In this document: positions 1-8,194 of the stretch, piece by piece | Layout of the letters: each line of letters opens with the position of its first letter | Numbering within the stretch: position 1 is the first letter of the stretch | IMG/VR virus record: IMGVR_UViG_3300033077_000655 | DNA from: a virus | Taxonomy: Duplodnaviria > Heunggongvirae > Uroviricota > Caudoviricetes | Length of the DNA: 30,038 nt | Strand: one strand, 5' to 3' | Notes under the pieces: generated by a model | Databases searched by the model: none | The model's input: only the letters and a program-made list of their open reading frames with translations | What the model was told of the DNA's origin: nothing | Translations under genes and position numbers: made by a program

Positions 1-1
1 A

Positions 2-346
2 CCACATGAACATGTACGCGCCGTAGGTCACATGCAAGTCAACGCCAGAGGAGACAAATTGGATGCTGATGGCAATGTGATCTCAACCAGGTCACAACAG
101 GTCAATCGCAATCTTGATCGCACTACCAACACTGCACCGGGACCAATTCCCACCAGCAGTCGAGTACAAAAAATAGCTGATAAAGACGCAGCCGATAAAG
201 AAGAAGCTGATAAAGAAAAACTTGAACAAGCAAGATTACAACGACAGGCGCTGCGAGCACAAGGAGTAGTACCTCAAGTTGAACAGCCCACAACAGGACT
301 AGCAGCAGCCATGGCTCGTGCAGCCACCCAACCCAACGAGGAATAA
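2..346 (+). CDS. Hypothetical phage protein, 5'-truncated (frame is open to the window edge)
   Basis: The frame upstream of ATG 32 reads PHEHVRAVGH with no stop. The stop at 346 abuts the next ATG, and a GAGGA RBS for the next gene lies in its 3' end. Confidence 0.7.
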   Translation, partial: PHEHVRAVGHMQVNARGDKLDADGNVISTRSQQVNRNLDRTTNTAPGPIPTSSRVQKIADKDAADKEEADKEKLEQARLQRQALRAQGVVPQVEQPTTGLAAAMARAATQPNEE

Positions 347-748
347 ATGACCAAATTCGCCTTTCAACCACACCAACTCACCCGACAACAAATTGTTCCA
401 CTCAAGGATTCAGTGATTGTGAGTGACATGATCTTTGACACACGTATCACTACCAGTGGTATTATTATTCCCAACGACAACGGCAAAAGCACCGGCATTC
501 GCCCACGCTGGGGCCGAGTGTATGCAGTAGGAGTCGAACAACAAGATGTTACTGTTGGACAGTGGGTTTGTATTGAACACGGACGATGGACTCGTGGTAT
601 TGATATCGAAGATGAAAGCGGCAAAGTAACTTTACGTAGAGTGGATCCTAAAGATATCATGATGATCTCTGATGAAGTACCCAACGATGACACATTCTCC
701 ACAGCAATACATGTGGAGGCCAAGCCTGACTGGATGCAACACAATTGA
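347..748 (+). CDS. groES: Co-chaperonin GroES/Cpn10-like protein
   Basis: PLKDSVIV...T(T)SGIIIP...G+V+AVG...DVTVGQWV matches the Cpn10 pattern PLxDRVlv..TxsGIiiP..G.VvAVG...vkvGD.V. Confidence 0.8.
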   Translation: MTKFAFQPHQLTRQQIVPLKDSVIVSDMIFDTRITTSGIIIPNDNGKSTGIRPRWGRVYAVGVEQQDVTVGQWVCIEHGRWTRGIDIEDESGKVTLRRVDPKDIMMISDEVPNDDTFSTAIHVEAKPDWMQHN

Positions 749-1221
749 TCTTCAATCACATCAAGCAGCTCAAAGCTGATGGCAAACGTATTGGTATTAC
801 GTTCAGCACGTTTGATATGTTGCATGCCGGCCACATTGCCATGTTAAGTGAAGCCAAGAACCACTGTGATTATCTTATTGCTGGCTTGCAAACTGATCCC
901 ACAATAGATCGTCCTACACAAAAGAACCCACCGGTGCAAAGCATAGTAGAACGCCAGATACAACTGGCTGCTTGCCGTTATGTGGATGAAGTTGTGGTAT
1001 ATCAAACTGAAGAGGATCTTATAGATCTGTTGTTGATCCTGCCTGTGGATGTGCGTATCCTAGGTGTGGAATATCAAGGCATGGAGTTCACTGGTCGAGA
1101 AGAATGTGTAAGTCGAGGTATTGCACTGGTATTCAACGGGCGTGATCATTCATTCTCCAGTTCAAGCCTGCGCCGACGTGTGGCCAAAGCTGAAGTAGAA
1201 CGTGGTCTAACACAACAATGA
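745..1221 (+). CDS. Cytidylyltransferase-like (TagD / glycerol-3-phosphate cytidylyltransferase family, HIGH superfamily)
   Basis: ITFSTFDMLHAGH (HxGH) motif, LIAGL, ER...LAACRYVDEV and a C-terminal SSS motif. TTG start overlaps the groES stop (TTGA). Confidence 0.8.
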   Translation: MIFNHIKQLKADGKRIGITFSTFDMLHAGHIAMLSEAKNHCDYLIAGLQTDPTIDRPTQKNPPVQSIVERQIQLAACRYVDEVVVYQTEEDLIDLLLILPVDVRILGVEYQGMEFTGREECVSRGIALVFNGRDHSFSSSSLRRRVAKAEVERGLTQQ

Positions 1222-1466
1222 AATGTAAAACTTGTCACGACGTGATTCGTCCAAACTGTGATTATAATCAAGGGCGTTGCCCACATAGGAAACCCATGAT
1301 AGAAATTCAACCCCGAGACCCCAGCAAAAGACACTTTTATGTTAGCCTGGTCAAGAGTGTACTACGCATCGGCGCAGGCATATCATTGATTATGGTAGGC
1401 TTTCCTGAAGCAGGCACACTGCTAATTGTTGCAGAAGTTTTAGGCATTGTCGAGGAACTGGTATGA
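1218..1466 (+). CDS. Small hypothetical protein with N-terminal CxxC...C...C and a hydrophobic C-terminal hairpin
   Basis: ATGA coupling at both ends. CKTC...C...CPH followed by two short hydrophobic stretches. Confidence 0.6.
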   Translation: MKCKTCHDVIRPNCDYNQGRCPHRKPMIEIQPRDPSKRHFYVSLVKSVLRIGAGISLIMVGFPEAGTLLIVAEVLGIVEELV

Positions 1467-1651
1467 GTAGAGAGTCAAGACCAAGAAAAGCCACAGTGGA
1501 TCAAGAAGAATTGGCCAACCGACACGAATCGATCTTTGGCAAGAAACTACCAAAGGAACGTTATGTTCCTCCACCATTGCCGGCAGAATTGCAAACACAA
1601 TCCTCGCACGAAAAGCAATTGGGTAAAAATATTCCACTTGGACGTACATAA
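1463..1651 (+). CDS. Small hypothetical protein
   Basis: ATGA overlap with the upstream gene; fills the gap in the operon. Confidence 0.5.
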   Translation: MSRESRPRKATVDQEELANRHESIFGKKLPKERYVPPPLPAELQTQSSHEKQLGKNIPLGRT

Positions 1652-1655
1652 TCTT

Positions 1656-1862
1656 ATGGTTGAAAACACGGTTGCAAATGTTCAGTGCGGATGTTATAAT
1701 TGTATGAACAAGATCAAGGATGCCCGCGGATGGCCATTGACCATGAGCACATTTATTGTGTGCCCGGACTGTGGTAATAAACGTTGTCCCAAGTCAACCG
1801 ATCATAATCTAGCCTGTACCAATTCAAATGATCCAGGCCAACTAGGAAGTAGATACCAATGA
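1656..1862 (+). CDS. Small Cys-rich, putative zinc-binding protein (68 aa)
   Basis: Start re-assigned to ATG 1656, just after the upstream stop at 1651. Contains CGCYNC, CPDCGNKRCP and H..AC. ATGA coupling to the clamp loader. Confidence 0.65.
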   Translation: MVENTVANVQCGCYNCMNKIKDARGWPLTMSTFIVCPDCGNKRCPKSTDHNLACTNSNDPGQLGSRYQ

Positions 1863-2782
1863 AACAATTATGGGTAGAAAAATACCGGCCTGACACAGTG
1901 GACGGGTATGTGTTTGTGGACGATTCACAGCGAGAACAAGTGCAATCCTGGATTCGAGACGGCACAATTCCACACCTGTTACTGAGCGGTGCAGCCGGCA
2001 CAGGTAAAACCACCTTGGCCAAAGTGCTGATCAATGAACTGGGCATAGACCAATACGATGTGATGTATGTGAATGGAAGCAAAGAAGGTCGCAAAATTGA
2101 ATGGGTGGACAAGCTGATCAGCTTTGTGCAAACCATGCCATTTGGTAAGTTCAAAGTGGTGCTGATTGATGAAGCTGACTACATGAACAAGGAAAGTGTG
2201 CAGCCTGCATTGCGCAACTTGATGGAGGACTACTCCAGCACAGTGCGATTCATAATGACTTGTAACTATCCACACAAGATCATTGACCCTATCCACAGTC
2301 GCTGCCAAGGGTTTCATATTACCAAAACTGATCATACAGAATTCACTGCCCGTGTGGCCACAGTGCTGGTAACAGAAGGTGTGGAGTTTGATCTAGATGT
2401 GCTAGACACTTATGTCAAAGCCACATATCCTGATCTGCGCAAGTGTTTGAATCTAACACAGATGAATTCACAATCAGGAACTTTAAGTGCGCCCAGTGCC
2501 ACTGATCGAGCAGCTCGGGATTGGAAACTGGATTGTGTAGACATGTTCAAGCGTGGACAGATACGTCAAGCACGTACACTGTTATGTCAAAGTAGCACAC
2601 CAGAAGAAGCAGAAGATGTATTCCGTTGGATGTATGATAACTTGGACTTGTGGGGCAATACCGACGAACAAAAAGATCAAGCTGTTGTGATCATCCGTAA
2701 TGGTATTGTGAATCATAACTCTGTAGCTGATGTTGAAATCAACTTGAGTGCAACATTGATCGAATTGGCAAATCTAAAATGA
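1859..2782 (+). CDS. Sliding-clamp loader AAA+ subunit (RFC small subunit / T4 gp44-like)
   Basis: LWVEKYRP box, Walker A GAAGTGKTT, Walker B LIDEAD, SRC arginine-finger motif. Confidence 0.92.
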   Translation: MKQLWVEKYRPDTVDGYVFVDDSQREQVQSWIRDGTIPHLLLSGAAGTGKTTLAKVLINELGIDQYDVMYVNGSKEGRKIEWVDKLISFVQTMPFGKFKVVLIDEADYMNKESVQPALRNLMEDYSSTVRFIMTCNYPHKIIDPIHSRCQGFHITKTDHTEFTARVATVLVTEGVEFDLDVLDTYVKATYPDLRKCLNLTQMNSQSGTLSAPSATDRAARDWKLDCVDMFKRGQIRQARTLLCQSSTPEEAEDVFRWMYDNLDLWGNTDEQKDQAVVIIRNGIVNHNSVADVEINLSATLIELANLK

Positions 2783-3078
2783 GATATTTCTTAATCACCT
2801 ACTACCTAAAGCCTGACGGCAAGATTGACGAAAGCACCACAGTTGCCAAGAATCTCAAACCCAAGGATATTCAAACGTGCAGTGTGATCCTGGACTTTAA
2901 AAAACTTCAAGTGGTCAAAGCCCAAATGAATGGAGTAAGTGTGCCCAAGGACTTTGACAAGATTGTAGAATACTATATTCAGCACTATGAAAGTATCATC
3001 AAGCGGTTGTTTGCCGAAAACGGATATGAACTTGTAAAACAAGAAACTGTGGCCGGAGCCACAGAATCTGTGATTTAG
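2779..3078 (+). CDS. Hypothetical protein
   Basis: ATGA coupling to the clamp loader; ends directly against the convergent phoH stop. Confidence 0.7.
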   Translation: MRYFLITYYLKPDGKIDESTTVAKNLKPKDIQTCSVILDFKKLQVVKAQMNGVSVPKDFDKIVEYYIQHYESIIKRLFAENGYELVKQETVAGATESVI

Positions 3079-3822
3079 TTATTTGACGTATAGTGCTAGT
3101 ATGATCCCTATGATTGGATGGCGTTGTATGTCTCGCCCGGTTAGCCTGCAAACAGCCATTCCTGTGACTGGATAATGCTCTAACCGTGAACAGAGATCTA
3201 ACAGTCCATTTTGGCCCTGAGCTCGATCGGCTTGTTCCACATCCCCAGTGACCACAATGCGCGATTCAGTGCCTATGCGACTCAGCAGCATTTTCATCTG
3301 TGCTGGCGTGGCGTTCTGCATTTCATCTGCAATGATCCACGCATGTTTAAATGTGCGTCCACGCATGTAGGCCAAGGGTGATATTTCAATGGTGCCTTCG
3401 TCAATCATGGCTGCAATTTCAGGTGGGCGATAGTATTCACGCAATACATCCAGCAAGGGACGAGTCCACGGTTCCATCTTGGCAACGAGATTCCCGGGTA
3501 AGAACCCGTGCTGTTCGTCTTCTACGCCAATGGCCGGTCGTGTTAGGATGATACGTTTGCATTCGCCTGTTCTAAATGCTTTTACAGCAGCCAACATGGC
3601 CAGGTAAGTTTTACCAGTGCCTGCAGGGCCAACTGCTACCACAATTGATTGTTGTGAGTTGAGTAGGTTTAATATGAGATTTTCTTGATTGCGTGATTTT
3701 GGTATGAGTTCTATTGGTCGTTGTCGCTGCCTGGGTTCTGGATTGAACGGAATTGTGTTTTCTACCATATGTGTTATGATGCGTTTTTGTATTTGGGCTT
3801 TGGCCCCTCTTTGTCTACTCAA
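3079..3822 (-). CDS. phoH: PhoH-like ATPase
   Basis: GPAGTGKTYLA, LTRPA, GFLPG, AYMRGRTF, IADEMQN and VTGDVEQ motifs. Start placed at TTG 3822 because AGGAGA (3830-3835, minus strand) lies 7 nt upstream. Confidence 0.92.
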   Translation of the reverse strand: MSRQRGAKAQIQKRIITHMVENTIPFNPEPRQRQRPIELIPKSRNQENLILNLLNSQQSIVVAVGPAGTGKTYLAMLAAVKAFRTGECKRIILTRPAIGVEDEQHGFLPGNLVAKMEPWTRPLLDVLREYYRPPEIAAMIDEGTIEISPLAYMRGRTFKHAWIIADEMQNATPAQMKMLLSRIGTESRIVVTGDVEQADRAQGQNGLLDLCSRLEHYPVTGMAVCRLTGRDIQRHPIIGIILALYVK

Positions 3823-3865
3823 GTTTGGTTCTCCTAAAGTGTTTGCCAATTGGGATTAGCATGAA

Positions 3866-3871
3866 TATTTA
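3866..3871 (-). promoter_or_regulatory. TAAATA late-promoter-like box for phoH
   Basis: TATTTA on the + strand in the divergent intergenic gap; matches the core of the T4 late promoter TATAAATA. Confidence 0.5.
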
Positions 3872-3977
3872 GGTGTTTGTAATCAGAGATCTGTGTACTG
3901 AGATTTCAGAGATCTATGGCATAAGTATTAGACTGTGCTCGAGTATTTCAAAGCGCACAGGTTCTAGTCTCCTGCCA

Positions 3978-3983
3978 TAAATA
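3978..3983 (+). promoter_or_regulatory. TAAATA late-promoter-like box
   Basis: CATAAATA in an intergenic gap, 5 nt before ATG 3989. Confidence 0.6.
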
Positions 3984-3988
3984 TCCGT

Positions 3989-4594
3989 ATGGACGAAAAC
4001 ATCTTTAAAGATCACACAGACTACTGGAATGTGGCTGAAAACATCCGTGATATCTACCTCAGTGAGGGCAGCTTGCTCACACTGTTGGATTTTGAACGAG
4101 TTCTCGACGAACTGGATATCTATGCATTTCGAAACTGGGATCGTGGCGAACTAGTACAAGGCCCTGATATTGGCAAATACAAAATAGGCTGCATATTCAT
4201 GTGGCCTGAGAATCTCATGCCCGACCCACGTGGTGGCCGTAGATTGTTACCATTTGATTGCGAAGTAAAATTCAAAAAAGTAAACATGAAAATACCCATC
4301 AAGGTCACAGAACCCAGTGACTACGAAGCCGGTACACACATTGCTAGATTGATAACTAAAAAAGTATGGTTGGTTGAGATTGTGATGCCCAAGAACCTAA
4401 TCGCAGACATCCGTACAGGTAGTGTTGATCTAGAAGGTGAAGAAATTGATTTACAAGATCTAGACGACGCTTACGCAGAAGATATCGACAAAGACCAATA
4501 CAAAGATGAAGAGAAAGCAAATGCAGCACAACAACAACTTCAACAACCCGCAGCAGCCCCCACAGCCGCAGCACCGCCGCCGCCGGCAGCTTAA
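3989..4594 (+). CDS. Hypothetical acidic phage protein with a Q/A/P-rich tail
   Basis: 201-aa ORF directly after a TAAATA box. Confidence 0.8.
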   Translation: MDENIFKDHTDYWNVAENIRDIYLSEGSLLTLLDFERVLDELDIYAFRNWDRGELVQGPDIGKYKIGCIFMWPENLMPDPRGGRRLLPFDCEVKFKKVNMKIPIKVTEPSDYEAGTHIARLITKKVWLVEIVMPKNLIADIRTGSVDLEGEEIDLQDLDDAYAEDIDKDQYKDEEKANAAQQQLQQPAAAPTAAAPPPPAA

Positions 4595-5120
4595 CGAAGG
4601 CTTGGCCTACAAGGACATGGAGGGCATGATGAAGCCCACCGTGCATATCGACGAGTTCTCAAGCAAAATGGGCGAAGATGCTGATGTTATTGTGGTGAGC
4701 TTTTTTGTTCGAGACAAACAAGCAGCTAAAGATCTTATGAACTGGTTTGAAAAAGGCTATGACTTTGTGTTAGATGCTGATCAAAGCCCTGGTGAAATCA
4801 AACCCAATCGTTATCTGGTGTATTTAGAAATGCGCCGTCGCAATGCTGCTCCTAAACAAATACAAGAGATACTAGACGATCTTGGAACACTTACAGAGTA
4901 CGAGCCAGATGATTGGATCATGGTCTACCAGAAACAAAAGCACGAATGGAGCCCCGAGACCTTTGCTAAACTAGTACCACTTACTCCCAATGAATATCGT
5001 GAACGCACAGAAGGTGATCTTAACGAAATGCGTGTTGCTGCCGGGTTAAATACCAAACCTGTGTACAAAGTGTTGGACCCAGCTCTCAAATCCATACAGG
5101 CCGCTGCAGGTATACTCTGA
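4506..5120 (+). CDS. Hypothetical phage protein (start uncertain: ATG 4506 or 4521, TTG 4602, ATG 4617)
   Basis: Globular-looking sequence from QLNEGLAYKD onward. The N-terminus overlaps the low-complexity tail of the previous gene. Confidence 0.75.
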   Translation: MKRKQMQHNNNFNNPQQPPQPQHRRRRQLNEGLAYKDMEGMMKPTVHIDEFSSKMGEDADVIVVSFFVRDKQAAKDLMNWFEKGYDFVLDADQSPGEIKPNRYLVYLEMRRRNAAPKQIQEILDDLGTLTEYEPDDWIMVYQKQKHEWSPETFAKLVPLTPNEYRERTEGDLNEMRVAAGLNTKPVYKVLDPALKSIQAAAGIL

Positions 5121-5148
5121 CTCTAAGGGTTAGAATAGTATTAGCAGA

Positions 5149-5154
5149 TAAATA
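5149..5154 (+). promoter_or_regulatory. TAAATA late-promoter-like box for the lysis cassette, inside a 7-bp inverted repeat
   Basis: GCAGATA-AA-TATCTGC (5144-5159); ATG 5160 is 5 nt after the box. Confidence 0.6.
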
Positions 5155-5159
5155 TCTGC

Positions 5160-5633
5160 ATGTGGCTTTTACACCTTCTTCCTGACGCATTTATTGCGTG
5201 GATTGTTAACATCATTTTGATAGCCGGCGCTGTGACCACAGTAGCCGGCTTTTTTGTGAAGTTTATTCCATTTGTAAACACCTACAGAATACCTGTGCAA
5301 ATAGCAGGTGTTTTGCTGTTGACTGTGGGAGTTTACTTTCAAGGTGGATATTCAACAGAAATGGCCTGGCGAGAACGTGTGCGTGAGGTGGAAGCAAAAG
5401 TAGTCGAAGCACAAAAGAAAAGTCAAGAAAACAATATAGAAATAATAACCAAGTTTGTTACTCGAACAAAAGTCATACATGATCAAGGACAAAACATTGT
5501 CAACTACATAGATAGAGAAGTTGTAAAAAATCAAGAAGTTGTTCGATTTGTGGAAAATTGCCCTATCCCTGACATCATCATTGCCACACACAATGCAGCG
5601 GCGTTGAATCAATCCATTAAGGAAAACAAATGA
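5160..5633 (+). CDS. Putative inner-membrane spanin (Rz-like)
   Basis: N-terminal transmembrane segments, a helical/coiled-coil region and a C-terminal Cys. Overlaps a lipoprotein gene and precedes the endolysin. Confidence 0.6.
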   Translation: MWLLHLLPDAFIAWIVNIILIAGAVTTVAGFFVKFIPFVNTYRIPVQIAGVLLLTVGVYFQGGYSTEMAWRERVREVEAKVVEAQKKSQENNIEIITKFVTRTKVIHDQGQNIVNYIDREVVKNQEVVRFVENCPIPDIIIATHNAAALNQSIKENK

Positions 5634-5893
5634 GATATCTGGCCATTTCACTTGTATTGTGGTTGTCCGGGTGTGCAGCAGTTCCGGTCACTGCGTCATT
5701 TCCCGACGCACCGGCAATGTTGATGGAACGCTGTGCTGATCTAAAACTCATTGCAGGTGAAAAGATCAGCATAGTGGATTTTGTAAAAATCATTACAGAA
5801 AACTACACAACATATCACGAATGTTCAGCTCGGAATCAAGCCTGGCAAGAATGGTATACTACACAAAAGAAAATATGGAATGAAGTACAATGA
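5630..5893 (+). CDS. Putative outer-membrane lipoprotein spanin (Rz1-like)
   Basis: Signal peptide with lipobox LSGC, Pro-rich segment after the Cys, ATGA overlap with the i-spanin candidate. Confidence 0.65.
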   Translation: MRYLAISLVLWLSGCAAVPVTASFPDAPAMLMERCADLKLIAGEKISIVDFVKIITENYTTYHECSARNQAWQEWYTTQKKIWNEVQ

Positions 5894-6510
5894 GTAATTC
5901 AATACTGCAACTAGAACAACTAAAACAAATGGTTAAGAATCCTCATATTGACCACTGGTATGAAGCTATTGATCAATTGCTGCCCGACTACAATATCAAC
6001 ACACCGGCCAGAGCAGCGGCATTTATAGCACAATGCGCTCACGAGTCGGGCAATTTTGTTTTTGTTAAAGAAAATCTCAATTATAAAGCTGCTAGTTTAA
6101 TGAAAACATTTGGCAAGTATTTCCCCACAATGGAACAGGCACAGAAATATGCTAACCGGCCTGAAAAAATCGCCAACAGAGTATATGCCAATCGCATGGG
6201 CAATGGTGACGAAGTTTCAGGCGATGGATATCGTTTCTGTGGACGTGGCCTGATTCAATTAACTGGTCGAGACAACTATACATTTTTTGCTGGTAGTTTG
6301 GAAATTCCTGTGGAAGAAGCCAGTGAATATCTGGCCACATTTGAAGGCGCGGTGCAGAGTGCCTGTTGGTTTTGGGAAACCAACAACTTGAATAGATTTG
6401 CTGATGCCGGAGACATAAAAGGCTTAACCAAAGCTATCAATGGTGGTTACATTGGCCTGGCCGATCGCATCAGCCATTACGAACATGCATTGCATGTGAT
6501 GGGAGTGTAA
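5890..6510 (+). CDS. Glycoside hydrolase family 19 endolysin
   Basis: AAFIAQCAHESGNF, ENLNY, GDGYRFCGRGLIQLTGRDNY, SACWFW and INGG motifs. Confidence 0.9.
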   Translation: MSNSILQLEQLKQMVKNPHIDHWYEAIDQLLPDYNINTPARAAAFIAQCAHESGNFVFVKENLNYKAASLMKTFGKYFPTMEQAQKYANRPEKIANRVYANRMGNGDEVSGDGYRFCGRGLIQLTGRDNYTFFAGSLEIPVEEASEYLATFEGAVQSACWFWETNNLNRFADAGDIKGLTKAINGGYIGLADRISHYEHALHVMGV

Positions 6511-6511
6511 A

Positions 6512-7120
6512 ATGACAAAAAAACAACATCACACAAGTCGCAGTGAAAAAGAAAAAGAAGATTGGATGAATTCAAAATGGAGGCCCATGATGGGTTGGAT
6601 GTACATGACTGTGTGCATGTGCGACTTTATTATATTTCCGGTATTGTGGAGTTTGTTACAGTCATTGAGCAAAGGGGCAGTAACCAGTCAATGGCAACCG
6701 TTGACCTTGCAAGGTGCTGGACTGTTTCATATTGCCATGGGCGGTGTGCTAGGACTAGCAGCATACGGCCGTACACAAGAAAAACTCAACGGAGCCAACA
6801 ACGGTGGATTAACTCAACCAGGACTAGGAACAACTTATGTTCCGCCGGGGCAGGGACAAGTTAATGTAAGTAACCAACCCAACTTAGTTGGAGGAGGATT
6901 CGGAGGAAATGCATATGGCAACACAACAACATCAAACACCGGATTTACGACCGGCACAACAACATTTGGCTCTGCGCCAACAACAGGCTTCGGCGCACCC
7001 AGTGGCTTTGGTTCACCAGTCACGCCCACAGAAACCAGTTGGGCAACTGCTCCAGCAGCAGTAACCACAGGATACGGCGGCAAAAAAGCACCCCCAGACC
7101 CTGTATTTCCAGAACTATAA
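6512..7120 (+). CDS. Putative holin (GTA_holin_3TM-like) with a long G/T/P-rich disordered tail
   Basis: WRPMMGWMYMTVC..DFIIFP and a second hydrophobic segment GLFHIAMGGVLG; adjacent to the endolysin. Confidence 0.65.
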   Translation: MTKKQHHTSRSEKEKEDWMNSKWRPMMGWMYMTVCMCDFIIFPVLWSLLQSLSKGAVTSQWQPLTLQGAGLFHIAMGGVLGLAAYGRTQEKLNGANNGGLTQPGLGTTYVPPGQGQVNVSNQPNLVGGGFGGNAYGNTTTSNTGFTTGTTTFGSAPTTGFGAPSGFGSPVTPTETSWATAPAAVTTGYGGKKAPPDPVFPEL

Positions 7121-7129
7121 GGACAACTC

Positions 7130-7345
7130 ATGAAACATTCATTTTTGATTGGAATTTTATTAGTGGTATTATTCTTGCTGGTAACATGCTTACCGGCACA
7201 GGCAGAAACCACACAGGTCTGCATAACTGTCAAGGACAAAGCCGGTGAAGTGGTCAAAGATTCCAAAGGCAAAGTCAAACAAAATTGCAAAACAATGAAG
7301 AAACACCAAAAGCTAGAAGGTACCCGGGTCCCGGAAAAGAAATGA
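7130..7345 (+). CDS. Small exported protein (signal peptide, Lys-rich, two Cys in the mature part)
   Basis: AAGGA RBS; MKH + hydrophobic core + AQA cleavage motif. Confidence 0.65.
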   Translation: MKHSFLIGILLVVLFLLVTCLPAQAETTQVCITVKDKAGEVVKDSKGKVKQNCKTMKKHQKLEGTRVPEKK

Positions 7346-7359
7346 TCCTCATCTGTGTG

Positions 7360-7365
7360 TATAAT
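7360..7365 (+). promoter_or_regulatory. Perfect TATAAT -10 hexamer (overlaps TAATTA) before the J-domain gene
   Basis: TATAAT lies 8 nt before ATG 7374; no recognisable -35 or Shine-Dalgarno sequence. Confidence 0.4.
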
Positions 7366-7373
7366 TACATACA

Positions 7374-8147
7374 ATGACTGATCACTATGCTACCCTGGGT
7401 GTTGCCCGCACTGCTTCCGCTGATGAAATAAAACGTGCGTTTAGAAAACTAGCATCACAACATCACCCCGACAAAGGCGGCGATACTAGGAAATTCCAAG
7501 AAATACAAGCAGCCTACGACACCTTGGGCGACGAGCAGAAACGAGCAGCCTACAACAATCCGCAAACACATCATCCATTTGGTGCTGGCCATCAGAACTT
7601 CAACTTCAATGAGATCTTCAACATGTTTGGGGCCAAGTTCCAACAACCACAGCAACGTGGTCATTCTAGAATGACCTTGTGGATAAAGATACAGGATGTG
7701 GCATCCCCGGGATCTAGAGTAATTTCCATGGGCACACCGACTGGCACACACAACATTGAAATCAACATCCCCAATGGCATAGAAGATGGGGACAACGTGC
7801 AATATGCCGGCATCGGACCTGGCGGACAAGATCTAGTGGTCACTTTCCGTATACATCCTGATCCAACTTGGCAACGAAATGCCAACAACGTGATAACAGA
7901 TAATCATGTGTCATTTTGGAAATTGATAGCAGGAGGTGATGCTCCTATGTTGGATATACGTGGCAATCGGATTGAAATCAGCATACCACCAAACACACAA
8001 CCAGGCACTATGTTACGGGCCAGAGGTCGAGGCTTGCCAGATCGAAATGGCAATTTAGGTGACATGCTGGTACGAGTACAGGCCAGATTGCCCAGCAACA
8101 TCCCTCCAGAATTAATGGCTGCTATACAGCTGGAATCTGCCAAATAA
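7374..8147 (+). CDS. dnaJ: J-domain co-chaperone, class B (CbpA/DnaJ-like, no zinc finger)
   Basis: DHYATLGV...IKRAFRKLA..HHPDK, G/F-rich linker, DnaJ C-terminal motifs GQDLVV and LRARGRGLP...GDMLV. No CxxCxGxG repeats. Confidence 0.88.
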   Translation: MTDHYATLGVARTASADEIKRAFRKLASQHHPDKGGDTRKFQEIQAAYDTLGDEQKRAAYNNPQTHHPFGAGHQNFNFNEIFNMFGAKFQQPQQRGHSRMTLWIKIQDVASPGSRVISMGTPTGTHNIEINIPNGIEDGDNVQYAGIGPGGQDLVVTFRIHPDPTWQRNANNVITDNHVSFWKLIAGGDAPMLDIRGNRIEISIPPNTQPGTMLRARGRGLPDRNGNLGDMLVRVQARLPSNIPPELMAAIQLESAK

Positions 8148-8159
8148 GTATGTGAAAGG

Positions 8160-8188
8160 TTGATCTCTATTGAGATCTATAGTATACT
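8160..8188 (+). promoter_or_regulatory. Sigma70-type promoter TTGATC-N17-TATACT for clpA
   Basis: 17-nt spacer; predicted +1 falls at about the A of ATG 8195. Confidence 0.55.
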
Positions 8189-8194
8189 ACTCTT

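Noticed and set aside
1536-1655. N-terminal extension of the Cys-rich ORF; also the track's upstream starts at 3849, 22263, 22805, 23268 and 25304
   Set aside because: Each overlaps a neighbouring gene or ignores a better start supported by an RBS, a TAAATA box or stop-start coupling.
5123-5135. TCTAA-GGG-TTAGA hairpin as an intrinsic terminator
   Set aside because: 5-bp AT-rich stem, 3-nt loop and no U-tract; too weak to call.
3191-8178. GAGATCT as a window-wide regulatory motif
   Set aside because: It occurs in two intergenic regions but also inside the phoH coding sequence (3191-3200). With so few short hits it cannot be separated from chance.
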